Below, one piece after another: positions 1-8,357 of a DNA stretch of 64,000 bases (the stretch's first letter is position 1; each line of letters opens with the position of its first letter). A program made the position numbers and the translations under genes. Source of the DNA: Candidatus Niyogibacteria bacterium CG10_big_fil_rev_8_21_14_0_10_46_36 (GTDB lineage Bacteria; Patescibacteriota; Minisyncoccia; 1-14-0-10-42-19). The notes below the pieces were generated by a model. That model saw only the letters and a program-made list of their open reading frames with translations. It was not told the DNA's origin and made no database searches. The DNA lies in the NCBI GenBank assembly GCA_002772995.1, contig PFCO01000005.1, positions 17,001-81,000 of the forward strand, given 5' to 3'.

Positions 1-333
1 CGTTAAATAATCTATCTGACCTCCGGCGATAGCGCGCTTCAGAGTATCCAACGGCGCAATGCTCAAAATACCCAGTGCTGATTTCGGACCGATGCCCGAA
101 ATAGAATTTAATACTTCAAAAAATTCCATCTCTGCAATGGTAGAAAACCCATAAAGTTCAATATCATTTTCCCGCTGGTATAGCGACGTGTATATTTTCG
201 TTTTTTGCCCCAAAGCAGGGGTGTGTTTAAGCGTTTCCGAGCCCACACGCACCCGATATCCGACACCGCCCGCCTCTACCACCACATAGGAAAGAGTTTT
301 TAGCTGAAGAATGCCTTCAATAGAAAAAATCAT
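1..333 (-). CDS. ruvA: Holliday junction DNA helicase RuvA, N-terminal part (gene continues beyond window start)
   Basis: Minus-strand translation from ATG (plus cat 331-333): MIFSIEGILQLKTLSYVVVEAGGVGYRVRVGSE...LYGF...ISGIGPKSALGILS. This is the RuvA domain I/II pattern (GVGY, LYGF, GIGPK). The C-terminus runs off the window. Confidence 0.75.
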   Translation of the reverse strand, partial: MIFSIEGILQLKTLSYVVVEAGGVGYRVRVGSETLKHTPALGQKTKIYTSLYQRENDIELYGFSTIAEMEFFEVLNSISGIGPKSALGILSIAPLDTLKRAIAGGQIDYLT

Positions 334-390
334 GTTTTTATTATAGCACCTCCACATGCGCACGCTTCAAGATACGCAAAAGAAGAACTC

Positions 391-419
391 TTGACTTATC
401 TCTAATAAACGATTATAAT
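391..419 (+). promoter_or_regulatory. Sigma70-like promoter TTGACT-17nt-TATAAT
   Basis: TTGACT at 391-396 and TATAAT at 414-419 with an exact 17-nt spacer. It lies in the intergenic region between divergent ruvA and the Lon-like gene. Confidence 0.4.
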
Positions 420-486
420 AAAGCAAAATTTACATAGCTCCAGAGATCCCCAATAAGGCGATTTTTAGGATACTGTAAGAAAGGAA

Positions 487-598
487 AGGGCAAGTTAGGC
501 TGTCTAACCCATTCTATCCCTACGCAGATATGGCATTGTAAGCGACTTCCGCTTTTTTGCCGTATCGGGATACCGGTTGGAATCTAACTTGCCCTTTT
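487..598 (+). promoter_or_regulatory. Structured leader / terminator-like element: 11-bp long-range stem (GGGCAAGTTAG 487-497 with CTAACTTGCCC 583-593) followed by TTTTT; inner small hairpin AAGCG-ACTTC-CGCTT + T6 (540-556)
   Basis: Perfect reverse-complement 11-mers enclose about 85 nt, followed by a U-tract. The element is about 60 nt downstream of the predicted TSS and about 50 nt upstream of the Lon-like ATG. Confidence 0.3.
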
Positions 599-648
599 TG
601 CTAGGGCGTTGAACTTTGAAAAAAAAATATATACATGGAGGAATTATA

Positions 649-3255
649 ATGAAAAACCGAGGCACGACATCTACTATGGCGGAACAGAAGCGAACGCGGT
701 ACAAAGACCTTCTGTCCAGAAATAAGAAGATAATTATCACGCCCGAAGAAATGAATCGGATAAAATCCGAGGAATGGTTGGGGCAAAAAAGCGCTCTGGG
801 GCAGCTGGAAAGATATCTTTCCATAGAAAGTCCACGCCACAACATCGCAGCAATAGGAGGCCACGGCACCGGACGCATGAAAACAATCCGCGAAGCGCTG
901 AAGAAATACACTCAAACGGAAGCAGCCCTTGAAGATCTCATAGCCCTGCATAACCCCAATGAACCGGAGTGCCCCATCTGTATATGGGTTCCCGCTGGGT
1001 TTGGGAAAAAGCTCAGAGAAGCTCTTGGAGAGGTAACGAAAAATCTAAAGGATGCCTTAGCACTCGTAGACATCAATCTTCACAAACACCCAGAAAAGAA
1101 GAAGGCAGAAGCGGAATCGCGAATGAAGATGGACAGCTTTGAAAAAAGCTACGAGGAAAGAGTGTACGGCTCCGGCCTTTGCCTGATTATGCGAATGCAG
1201 TCGGGCAGGGACGAAAAACGCTATACACCGGAAGCCGACGGAAAAAACGAATACAAAACCGTGCGGGCAACTGCAGGTCCGACTATAAATATCTTCGGGT
1301 TTAGTATAGCTAAGCTTGTTACCGCAACAGACCAGAAACAGTACTACATCTTCACCGACCAGCTCGACCAGTACAAGGGAGAGAAGCTGATTGATGCGGA
1401 AACTGCGGAAAACATTTACGCGGAGATTATGAACATTGCGGAATGGAGAGATGCTGAATCCGAAAACGAACACAAAGCAGTAGAGTCAAGGAAGGAGGAC
1501 ATACGGAAATCTCTCGAAAACGAGGCGATTAATACATCGTTTGCTCCTCTTGATGCGTTGATATCGGATGAAAAAAACATCTCCCCAGAAACAAAAGCCA
1601 TTCTTGCTTCATACGAAACAGGCATAAAAAAAATGGCAGGGGAATATGCATCCCTCTTTAGTATACCGATAGCAAAGATAGACCCCATTTCGGGACAAAG
1701 CTTTGCTCCAACGATATCACAGCAAGACCCTGAGAAAAAAGAAGAGGTCATGCGGCGCATGCAGGTTAACACACTTGTTGATAACGGCGGAGTAAACACG
1801 CGGCCGGTCATCGTAGAAAAGGACATTGACCGGGGAAATATGTTCGGACGCATCCACAGAAAAGCAATGCGGGGCGTATACACATCCGACCATATGTCTC
1901 TAAAGGCAGGCTCAATCTTGCGGGCGCATAACGGATTTTTGATTCTCGACTTTGATGATATTATGTCTAACTTCATAAAGTCATATGACGGTGCGGCCAC
2001 ATTCATGCAGCTCTTAGAGTCTCTCAGCGAACAGAAGCTCGAAATAAAAAACTTTGACCCGTACGGACTCGGACCGACACAGGTTCAGACGCCGAAAATC
2101 AAGTTCAAGGTGAAGGTAATCCTGCTCCTCGGGTATTACACATACACGGGCCTTGCAGAGAGCGAAACATTCCGTAATGCGTTTAAGGCGCGCGTAGAGT
2201 TTGATGTTTCAGCAGAAAATACCAAAGAAACGATAGAACAGTTCATCGCTTTTACGCACAAAATTACGGAGGACGAGGGCCTGCGCCCCGTCTCAGAAGA
2301 CGGGATGACGGAACTCCTCGGTTTCTCGAAAAGGCTGTGTCATGTCGGCGGGAAGTTTTCTCTCAACTATGGGACACTCGCTGATGTCATACGGGAAGCA
2401 CATTATGTAAGCGACTCGGATGCAATCACCGGCACTCATATAGAGGAAGCCATTGCGCACAAGAAGAAAAGCTTGATTGCCGAAAAAGAACTTGAGGCAA
2501 GAAAGCGCTTGGACATCATCATTCGCACCGACGGAGAGCCGCGCATCGGAGAAATGACTGGGCTTGGGGTGATAAATTTCGGAGGCGTGCGCTTCGGTAT
2601 TACGAGCCGCGCAACCGCAAATGTATCTCCGGGAACAGGGTCATTCAAGGTGAGCGACGTAGATACTGAAGTAAAACTAGCCGGTCAGATATATCAAAAA
2701 GCTATCGGCATAATTTCTTCATATCTAAAATCAAAATTCGGGGAAGGTGCAGAAAAAGTGGATGCGCAGTTCGTTATGGAGCAGTCGTATTCCGGAGTTG
2801 ACGGCGACAGCGCATCAGCTCTTACCTTCTGCACGCTTATATCCGAACTCGGCCAGATCCCGATACCGCAATGCTTTGCCATCACTGGTTCAATGTCTAT
2901 GAAAGGAGACATGGAACCTATAGGCGGGGTGAATGAGAAGGTGGAAGGATACTTTGACATCTGCAGAGAACACGGATATCCATGTTCGCATGGCATAATT
3001 ATCCCCGAGCAGAATGTAAAAGATCTCAGCTTGCGCAAAGATGTTCTGAAAGCGATACAGGAAGATACATTCCACATATATCCAGTCACTAAAATCGAAG
3101 AAGCCGTAGAGATATTAATGGGCATTCCGGCAGGAGAAAAGAAAATCCAGAAAAAAATCGGCATTGACGGACCGAAGGTCATCGAATACTACGAAGACCA
3201 CACCGCATACGGAAAAGTCCAGGAACGGCTCAAAAGCTGGAAAACAAAAAAATAA
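649..3255 (+). CDS. Lon-like (S16, LonB/LonC-type) protease with AAA-like module carrying a non-canonical P-loop
   Basis: ATG 649 is preceded by GGAGGA (636-641); the ORF-track start at 616 is TTG. The C-terminal domain has DGDSASA (Lon Ser motif) and ITGSMSMKGDMEPIGGVNEK (LonB-type GGVxxK Lys). The N-terminal region reads IGGHGTGRMKT in place of GxxGxGKS/T. Confidence 0.65.
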   Translation: MKNRGTTSTMAEQKRTRYKDLLSRNKKIIITPEEMNRIKSEEWLGQKSALGQLERYLSIESPRHNIAAIGGHGTGRMKTIREALKKYTQTEAALEDLIALHNPNEPECPICIWVPAGFGKKLREALGEVTKNLKDALALVDINLHKHPEKKKAEAESRMKMDSFEKSYEERVYGSGLCLIMRMQSGRDEKRYTPEADGKNEYKTVRATAGPTINIFGFSIAKLVTATDQKQYYIFTDQLDQYKGEKLIDAETAENIYAEIMNIAEWRDAESENEHKAVESRKEDIRKSLENEAINTSFAPLDALISDEKNISPETKAILASYETGIKKMAGEYASLFSIPIAKIDPISGQSFAPTISQQDPEKKEEVMRRMQVNTLVDNGGVNTRPVIVEKDIDRGNMFGRIHRKAMRGVYTSDHMSLKAGSILRAHNGFLILDFDDIMSNFIKSYDGAATFMQLLESLSEQKLEIKNFDPYGLGPTQVQTPKIKFKVKVILLLGYYTYTGLAESETFRNAFKARVEFDVSAENTKETIEQFIAFTHKITEDEGLRPVSEDGMTELLGFSKRLCHVGGKFSLNYGTLADVIREAHYVSDSDAITGTHIEEAIAHKKKSLIAEKELEARKRLDIIIRTDGEPRIGEMTGLGVINFGGVRFGITSRATANVSPGTGSFKVSDVDTEVKLAGQIYQKAIGIISSYLKSKFGEGAEKVDAQFVMEQSYSGVDGDSASALTFCTLISELGQIPIPQCFAITGSMSMKGDMEPIGGVNEKVEGYFDICREHGYPCSHGIIIPEQNVKDLSLRKDVLKAIQEDTFHIYPVTKIEEAVEILMGIPAGEKKIQKKIGIDGPKVIEYYEDHTAYGKVQERLKSWKTKK

Positions 3256-3302
3256 ACATATTCTCATATAGTTTAAAAGGCTCACCTTACCGTGAGCCTT
3301 TT

Positions 3303-4550
3303 TTATTTTCCCCGTACGAACTTTTTGAATGCTTCTCCGCGCTCGCGCGCGTTTTGAAACTGATCAAAGCTTGCACATGCCGGCGAGAAAAGAACAATAT
3401 CTCCCTCCTTTGCAAAAGTTATTGCTCTCTTAAACGCATCCTCCAGCGTTTTTGTTTTTATAATATTGTTTTTCTTTTTGAATGCACGTGCTATTTCATT
3501 TCTGCTCTTGCCAAAAAGGATAATGTTGTTTGTGCGCTTCCCCGCTTCGCGAGCAAATGCTGCAAAGGATGATTTCTTGCTCATGCCTCCTGCGATCAAT
3601 ATGATCTTTTGGTCAAAGCTTTTCAGTGCCGCAATCGTTGAATCGGGCGTTGTTGAATATGAATCGTCATAGAATGCAACTTCCTTTTTTCTTCCAACAT
3701 ATTCCAGACGATGCGGGAGCCCCCGGAAACCGTATATTGCTTTTTGTACATGCACGCGCTGTATGTGTATTTTTTTTGAAATAGCAAGCGCAAGCGCGAT
3801 GTTCTTCTTGTTGTGTTCGCCGCGAATATGTATGCGCCCTTCATCTACCCAGCGCGGCAATACGCTTCGCATGTTCCTTCCATCAATTTTTGCATGCGCC
3901 CGATACCCGAAAAGAGAGAGCTTTGATTTCTTATACCGCAAAAAAGAATCATACCGGTCAAGATGGTCAGGATATATATTAGTGAGCGCAGAAACAAAGA
4001 ATTGCGGCCTCATCTTTCCCAAACGAAGAAGGTCTAACTGAAAACTCGAAACCTCAAGCACAACAAATGTGCTTTTTTTGATGTGCGGGAGCTGATCCAA
4101 AAGTGACACACCAATATTTCCCCCCAAGAACACGTCCTTTTTTGCTTGTTTGAGCATTCGGTAGACAAGCGTCGCCGTAGTCCCCTTTCCTTTTGTGCCG
4201 GTGATTGCGATAATCTTCCCCTCACAATGCTTGAGAAAAAGCCCTATCTCACTTTCAACCGGAATGCGTGCCGTCGCTATCTTTTTTATCATGCGAGAAC
4301 GCAAATCAATTGCAGGGTTTATAATTGCCATATCAAATTCCTGAAAACGAGAAGGATACCCCCCAAATATATAAGAAATGCGGGGGTATCTGTGGAGCTT
4401 ACGGATTGATTGCTTAAGCTCTTTTTTTGTTTTCGCGTCGCTGATGGTTACTTCCGCGCCGCGGCTCGCAAGAAACCGCGCAGCTCCTATCCCCCCGCCC
4501 GATACGCCAAGCCCCAATACAAGAATGCGCTTCCCCTTGTATGTATTCAT
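3303..4550 (-). CDS. murD: UDP-N-acetylmuramoylalanine--D-glutamate ligase
   Basis: MNTYKGKRILVLGLGVSGGGIGAARFLASRGAEVTISD..., IAITGTKGKGTT and DDSYSTTPDST. This is the Mur ligase architecture. Start is trimmed to ATG at 4550 because the upstream extension in the ORF track overlaps a tRNA. Confidence 0.85.
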   Translation of the reverse strand: MNTYKGKRILVLGLGVSGGGIGAARFLASRGAEVTISDAKTKKELKQSIRKLHRYPRISYIFGGYPSRFQEFDMAIINPAIDLRSRMIKKIATARIPVESEIGLFLKHCEGKIIAITGTKGKGTTATLVYRMLKQAKKDVFLGGNIGVSLLDQLPHIKKSTFVVLEVSSFQLDLLRLGKMRPQFFVSALTNIYPDHLDRYDSFLRYKKSKLSLFGYRAHAKIDGRNMRSVLPRWVDEGRIHIRGEHNKKNIALALAISKKIHIQRVHVQKAIYGFRGLPHRLEYVGRKKEVAFYDDSYSTTPDSTIAALKSFDQKIILIAGGMSKKSSFAAFAREAGKRTNNIILFGKSRNEIARAFKKKNNIIKTKTLEDAFKRAITFAKEGDIVLFSPACASFDQFQNARERGEAFKKFVRGK

Positions 4551-4630
4551 TACTATTACAGTACTCTCTTTCCAGGCATTGAAAAAGTACGAAAAAAATT
4601 GTACTTTATAAAGTATTGCCGCAAAGGAGA

Positions 4631-4717
4631 GGAAGCGTGCCGGAGTGGTTGAACGGGCCGCTCTCGAAAAGCGGTATGTCCGCAAGGGCATCGGAGGTTC
4701 GAATCCTCCCGCTTCCG
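4631..4717 (+). tRNA. tRNA-Ser (anticodon CGA), type II with long variable arm
   Basis: Acceptor GGAAGCG/CGCTTCC, 3-bp D stem, anticodon stem CCGCT/AGCGG with loop CTCGAAA, long variable arm, T arm GGAGG-TTCGAAT-CCTCC, discriminator G. Confidence 0.85.
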
Positions 4718-4867
4718 TTTAATCACAATCATTAAAGAGGATTCGAAAGCCGGAAAAAATTGTCCGTTGGACAATGTTTGAGGCGGGGTCGCGACTTTCG
4801 CGAAGCGAAAAGTTGTGACCGCATCCTCCCGCTGCCGCAACCGTATACTCGTGCGCCCATTCTCAAT

Positions 4868-5329
4868 ATGCAAATTGACCAGACAACAATATTTATCGCA
4901 ATAGCAGGTATCACCGTACTTGTTGCCATATGGATTATTTGGATAGAGGTCCGGCTCAAACGGATTTTCCGCGGGCGCAGGACGAAGGATCTAGAGTCTC
5001 TCCTTACTGACATAGCAGAAGACATCTCCGCTATCCAAAAACAGCTCCGGGAAGACGGCACCCATATAGCAACGCTTGAGAAAGAACTGGAACAAAGCGC
5101 ACGCCACGTAGGCATGGTTCGTTTTAACGCATTCAATGAAGCGGGGGGCGACCAAAGCTTTGCAGTTACATTATTAAACGACAAAAAAGACGGTATTGTC
5201 ATCTCAAGCCTGCACAACAGAGAAACAAACCGGGTGTACGCAAAACCAATAGAGCAAGCGGCATCAGCCTACCATCTTTCCGAAGAAGAGAAAGAAGCAA
5301 TTAGACGCGCGGTAACGCGCGGATCATGA
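4868..5329 (+). CDS. DUF4446-like small membrane/coiled-coil protein
   Basis: MQIDQTTIFIAIAGITVLVAIWIIW is an N-terminal TM segment, followed by a charged coiled-coil region. The track ORF starts at 4760, but ATG 4868 fits the TM N-terminus. Confidence 0.45.
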   Translation: MQIDQTTIFIAIAGITVLVAIWIIWIEVRLKRIFRGRRTKDLESLLTDIAEDISAIQKQLREDGTHIATLEKELEQSARHVGMVRFNAFNEAGGDQSFAVTLLNDKKDGIVISSLHNRETNRVYAKPIEQAASAYHLSEEEKEAIRRAVTRGS

Positions 5330-5331
5330 TA

Positions 5332-5405
5332 CAGGAACCAAGAATTATGACCGTATACCGCAGGTAATACGCCGACGCAATATAGTGTGTAATTCTTGGT
5401 TCCTG
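5332..5405 (+). promoter_or_regulatory. 16-bp perfect inverted repeat (CAGGAACCAAGAATTA ... TAATTCTTGGTTCCTG) with 42-nt loop, immediately upstream of infB
   Basis: Arms are 5332-5347 and 5390-5405, followed by a T-rich stretch 5420-5430. This may be a terminator for the upstream gene and/or an infB leader structure. Confidence 0.3.
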
Positions 5406-5431
5406 AAACATGATTCAGGATTTTTATTTAT

Positions 5432-6973
5432 ATGGAGAACAATACCAACAAACAACATACACGACCCCCCATTATAGTAGTCATGGGGCATATTGATCAT
5501 GGGAAAACAAAGCTGCTTGATACTATACGCAAGGAAAATGTGATTGATAAAGAATCAGGCGGCATCACCCAGCACATCGGTGCATATGAAGCGGAGGTAG
5601 AAACTGCCGCAGGAGAGAAAAAGCATATTACCTTTTTAGACACTCCAGGCCATGGCGCTTTTTCAAACATGCGCCGGCGGGGAGCGCATGTCGCGGACAT
5701 AGCAATACTCGTTGTTGCAGCAGATGACGGAGTAAAACCGCAAACCCTTGAGGCTCTCGAAGCAATTAAAACAGCCGGCATCCCGTTTGTCGTCGCGATA
5801 AACAAAATAGACAAAGCAGGAGCTGACCCAGACCGCGTAAAAAAAGAACTCTCCGAAAAAGAAGTCTTTGTAGAAGACTGGGGAGGGAAAGTACCGGCCA
5901 TTCCCATATCAGCAAAAGAAGGGACCGGCATCCAGGATCTTCTTGAAATGTTGCTGCTTGTAGCAGAGATTGAAAACCTCACAGCAGATGCAAACGCGCC
6001 CGCGGAGGGGGTTATCATAGAATCTCATCTTGAACCGAAGCGTGGAAATACTGCAACGCTTCTCGTAACGAAAGGGATTCTGAAGCACGGGGACTTTGTG
6101 ATTGCGGGCAACGCATACTCCCCGGTACGCATATTCGAGAATTTTCGGGGGCAACCCATACAGAAAGCGCCTCCCTCAACGCCCGTACGCATTACCGGAT
6201 TCAATACAATCCCGGAAGTAGGAGTTGAGTTTAAAACCGCCCATACAAAAAAAGAGGCGGAATCAATAATATCAAAACAACCGGAGCAAAAACGATCATC
6301 TTCCCCTGCTGTGGCGCCCACCACAGAAACAACCGAGGAGGCGGGACCTCATACTGCCTACCTTGTTGTTAAGGCTGATGCTACCGGCTCACTTGAAGCA
6401 ATAGAAGGAGAACTAAAAAAATTAGAAAATGAGAATCTCATTATAAAAATAATGAAAAAAGGCGTAGGATCCATCAATGAAGATGATGCAAAAGTTGCCG
6501 GGGCAACCATGGGGAGCGCGATCGTCGGGTTTCATGTGCGAGTGGAAAAAGAAGCCATTCCGACTGCAGAACGCTTTGGGGTTGCTATCAAAACATTCAC
6601 GATTATCTACGAACTGCTTGAGTGGGTGCAAGCGCACATAGAAGAAGCCGCGCCCCAAGAAACAAAAGAAGAGGTGGTGGGAGAAGCGCAAATCCTGAAA
6701 ATCTTCTCCAACAAAGGCTCAAAGCAGATTGTCGGAGGGAAGGTCATTTCGGGAGTTATCAAAAATAAAAGCAAAATACATATTGTGCGGCGAGATAATG
6801 TTATTGCGCAGGGGCGCATAGTTGAATTGCAACATGGAAAGACAGAGGCACAGGAGGTGTCCGAAGGAAATGAATTTGGTATACGCATAGACAGCCCTAC
6901 CGAAATTGTCCCGAGAGATGTCATTCAATCGCTTGAGGAGCGTACGGGGAAGCGTTCCGTATCCGCATCATAA
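5432..6973 (+). CDS. infB: Translation initiation factor IF-2 (short form starting at the G domain)
   Basis: IIVVMGHIDHGKTKLLD (G1), DTPGH (G3), NKID (G4) and the C-terminal beta-barrel domains. Confidence 0.85.
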   Translation: MENNTNKQHTRPPIIVVMGHIDHGKTKLLDTIRKENVIDKESGGITQHIGAYEAEVETAAGEKKHITFLDTPGHGAFSNMRRRGAHVADIAILVVAADDGVKPQTLEALEAIKTAGIPFVVAINKIDKAGADPDRVKKELSEKEVFVEDWGGKVPAIPISAKEGTGIQDLLEMLLLVAEIENLTADANAPAEGVIIESHLEPKRGNTATLLVTKGILKHGDFVIAGNAYSPVRIFENFRGQPIQKAPPSTPVRITGFNTIPEVGVEFKTAHTKKEAESIISKQPEQKRSSSPAVAPTTETTEEAGPHTAYLVVKADATGSLEAIEGELKKLENENLIIKIMKKGVGSINEDDAKVAGATMGSAIVGFHVRVEKEAIPTAERFGVAIKTFTIIYELLEWVQAHIEEAAPQETKEEVVGEAQILKIFSNKGSKQIVGGKVISGVIKNKSKIHIVRRDNVIAQGRIVELQHGKTEAQEVSEGNEFGIRIDSPTEIVPRDVIQSLEERTGKRSVSAS

Positions 6974-6976
6974 TCC

Positions 6977-7315
6977 ATGAGCTTTCGAAAAGAAAAGCTG
7001 GCATCCCTTCTTTCCCGCATCATACCGGAATTTATATTTTCGCATCTTCGTTATGAAGACGCGCGAGTTACTGTCACCCGGATAGACCTTTCTTCGAACT
7101 TCCAAAAGGCGGTGATTTTTGTTACGATTGACCCAAAAGACAAATCGGAAGAAGCGCTCAATGAGCTCAAAAAAATCCTCTCTTCATTAAGAAAAGAGGT
7201 TGGCAAGAATCTCTCTATGAAGTTTTTGCCGATGTTTGAATTTGAGATTGACGCGGAAGAAGAACACAGGATGCATATTGAAGCGCTTATTGAAAAAATA
7301 AAAAAAGAAAAATAA
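6977..7315 (+). CDS. rbfA: Ribosome-binding factor A
   Basis: 112 aa, LASLLSRIIPEFIFSHLRYEDARVTVTRIDLSSNFQKAVIFV. Sits directly after infB, which is the classic operon arrangement. Confidence 0.8.
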   Translation: MSFRKEKLASLLSRIIPEFIFSHLRYEDARVTVTRIDLSSNFQKAVIFVTIDPKDKSEEALNELKKILSSLRKEVGKNLSMKFLPMFEFEIDAEEEHRMHIEALIEKIKKEK

Positions 7316-7417
7316 CGGCGCAGTGGCGAAGTGGAAACGCTGGAGTCTGTCCCGACGCACTATTATAAATATATAATAATAATGAAGCCGGGGTTCTCAA
7401 TAATCAAAATTTGTAGT

Positions 7418-7489
7418 GGCCCGATAGCCAAGTGGTAAGGCATGGGTCTGCAAAACCCTTATACGCGGGTTCGATTCCCGCTCGGGCCT
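7418..7489 (+). tRNA. tRNA-Cys (GCA)
   Basis: Acceptor GGCCCGA/TCGGGCC, anticodon loop CTGCAAA, variable loop TATAC, T arm GCGGG-TTCGATT-CCCGC. Confidence 0.85.
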
Positions 7490-7579
7490 TCAAAAATTTT
7501 GATTACCGGAACAAAACTCCCATGCGGGGGTTCGATTCCCCCCTGCGCCCCAGCCGGGCATTATAACGACACGACACAT

Positions 7580-7661
7580 GCCCAGGTGGCGGAACCGGTA
7601 TACGCAGCGGACTTAAAATCCGTGGCCGAAAGGCCTGTGGGTTCGACTCCCACCCTGGGCA
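7580..7661 (+). tRNA. tRNA-Leu (TAA)
   Basis: Acceptor GCCCAGG/CCTGGGC, anticodon loop CTTAAAA, long variable arm GGCCGAAAGGCC, T arm GTGGG-TTCGACT-CCCAC. Confidence 0.85.
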
Positions 7662-7706
7662 TAATTGCTGGTGCGTACATTTTTTGATAAGGTAATATAA
7701 CTGCCT

Positions 7707-7793
7707 GGGCAGGTGGCGGAATTGGCAGACGCGCTAGCCTTAGGAGCTGGTGGGAGAAATCCCGTGGGAGTTCAACTCTCCCCCTGCCCACCA
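7707..7793 (+). tRNA. tRNA-Leu (TAG), CCA encoded
   Basis: Acceptor GGGCAGG/CCTGCCC, anticodon loop CTTAGGA, long variable arm, T arm GGGAG-TTCAACT-CTCCC, then A-CCA. Confidence 0.8.
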
Positions 7794-7810
7794 AAAATAT
7801 GCGTTGTTTT

Positions 7811-7881
7811 GCGGATATCGTTTAGTGGCAGGACACCTCGTTGCCAACGAGGAAGTGCGAGTTCGATTCTCGCTATCCGCA
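7811..7881 (+). tRNA. tRNA-Gly (GCC)
   Basis: Acceptor GCGGATA/TATCCGC, anticodon loop TTGCCAA, T arm GCGAG-TTCGATT-CTCGC. Confidence 0.85.
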
Positions 7882-7925
7882 CATATTCTATTAATTTTTC
7901 TCATCTATTGATACAATAAAAAGAT

Positions 7926-8357
7926 ATGAGCGACGAACAAAACGCCGTACCAGTGCCCTCTCCCGAGCAAAACCAGAACATAAAACTAGTTTTGGTGGTG
8001 GAAGACGACAAGTTTATGCGGAATCTCCTCGTGAATAAACTGCAAAAAGAGGGCTTTCAAACAGAAGGAGTATCTTCAGGAGAAGAAGCTCTTGAATTCA
8101 CAAAAACAAAAGCGCCAAGCCTTTTGCTCCTTGATCTTATCCTTCCGAACATAGACGGCTTTGAAGTTGTACAACAATTAAAACAGGACCCCCGTCTTGT
8201 AAATATCCCCGTGCTCATCCTTTCGAACCTTGGAGAAAAAAAGGACATTGAAAAAGCGCAAGAATTAGGCGTGTCCGGTTTTCTTATCAAAGCAAACTTT
8301 ACGCCTTCGGAAATAGTAAAAAAAGTGCAAGAACTCCTCAGCAAAAAATACATATGA
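7926..8357 (+). CDS. Single-domain response regulator (CheY-like receiver)
   Basis: IKLVLVVEDDKFMRNLL...LLLLDLILPNIDGFEV...FLIK. These are the acidic pocket, the phospho-acceptor Asp and the conserved Lys of a receiver domain. No adjacent histidine kinase. Confidence 0.7.
   Translation: MSDEQNAVPVPSPEQNQNIKLVLVVEDDKFMRNLLVNKLQKEGFQTEGVSSGEEALEFTKTKAPSLLLLDLILPNIDGFEVVQQLKQDPRLVNIPVLILSNLGEKKDIEKAQELGVSGFLIKANFTPSEIVKKVQELLSKKYI

Noticed and set aside
616-648. TTG start at 616 for the Lon-like gene
   Set aside because: ATG at 649 has a GGAGGA RBS 8 nt upstream. The upstream codons (KKKYIHGG) translate the RBS itself.
1416-2006. Antisense ORFs inside strong coding genes (e.g. 1416-2006-, 5497-6018-, 23737-24507-, 53866-54657-, 42247-42672-, 47152-47595-)
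   Set aside because: These are shadow ORFs opposite conserved, identifiable genes. They have no independent motifs and low-complexity composition.
4551-4691. N-terminal 47-codon extension of murD in the ORF track
   Set aside because: It overlaps a well-formed tRNA-Ser on the opposite strand, and an internal ATG (4550) starts the conserved MurD N-terminus.
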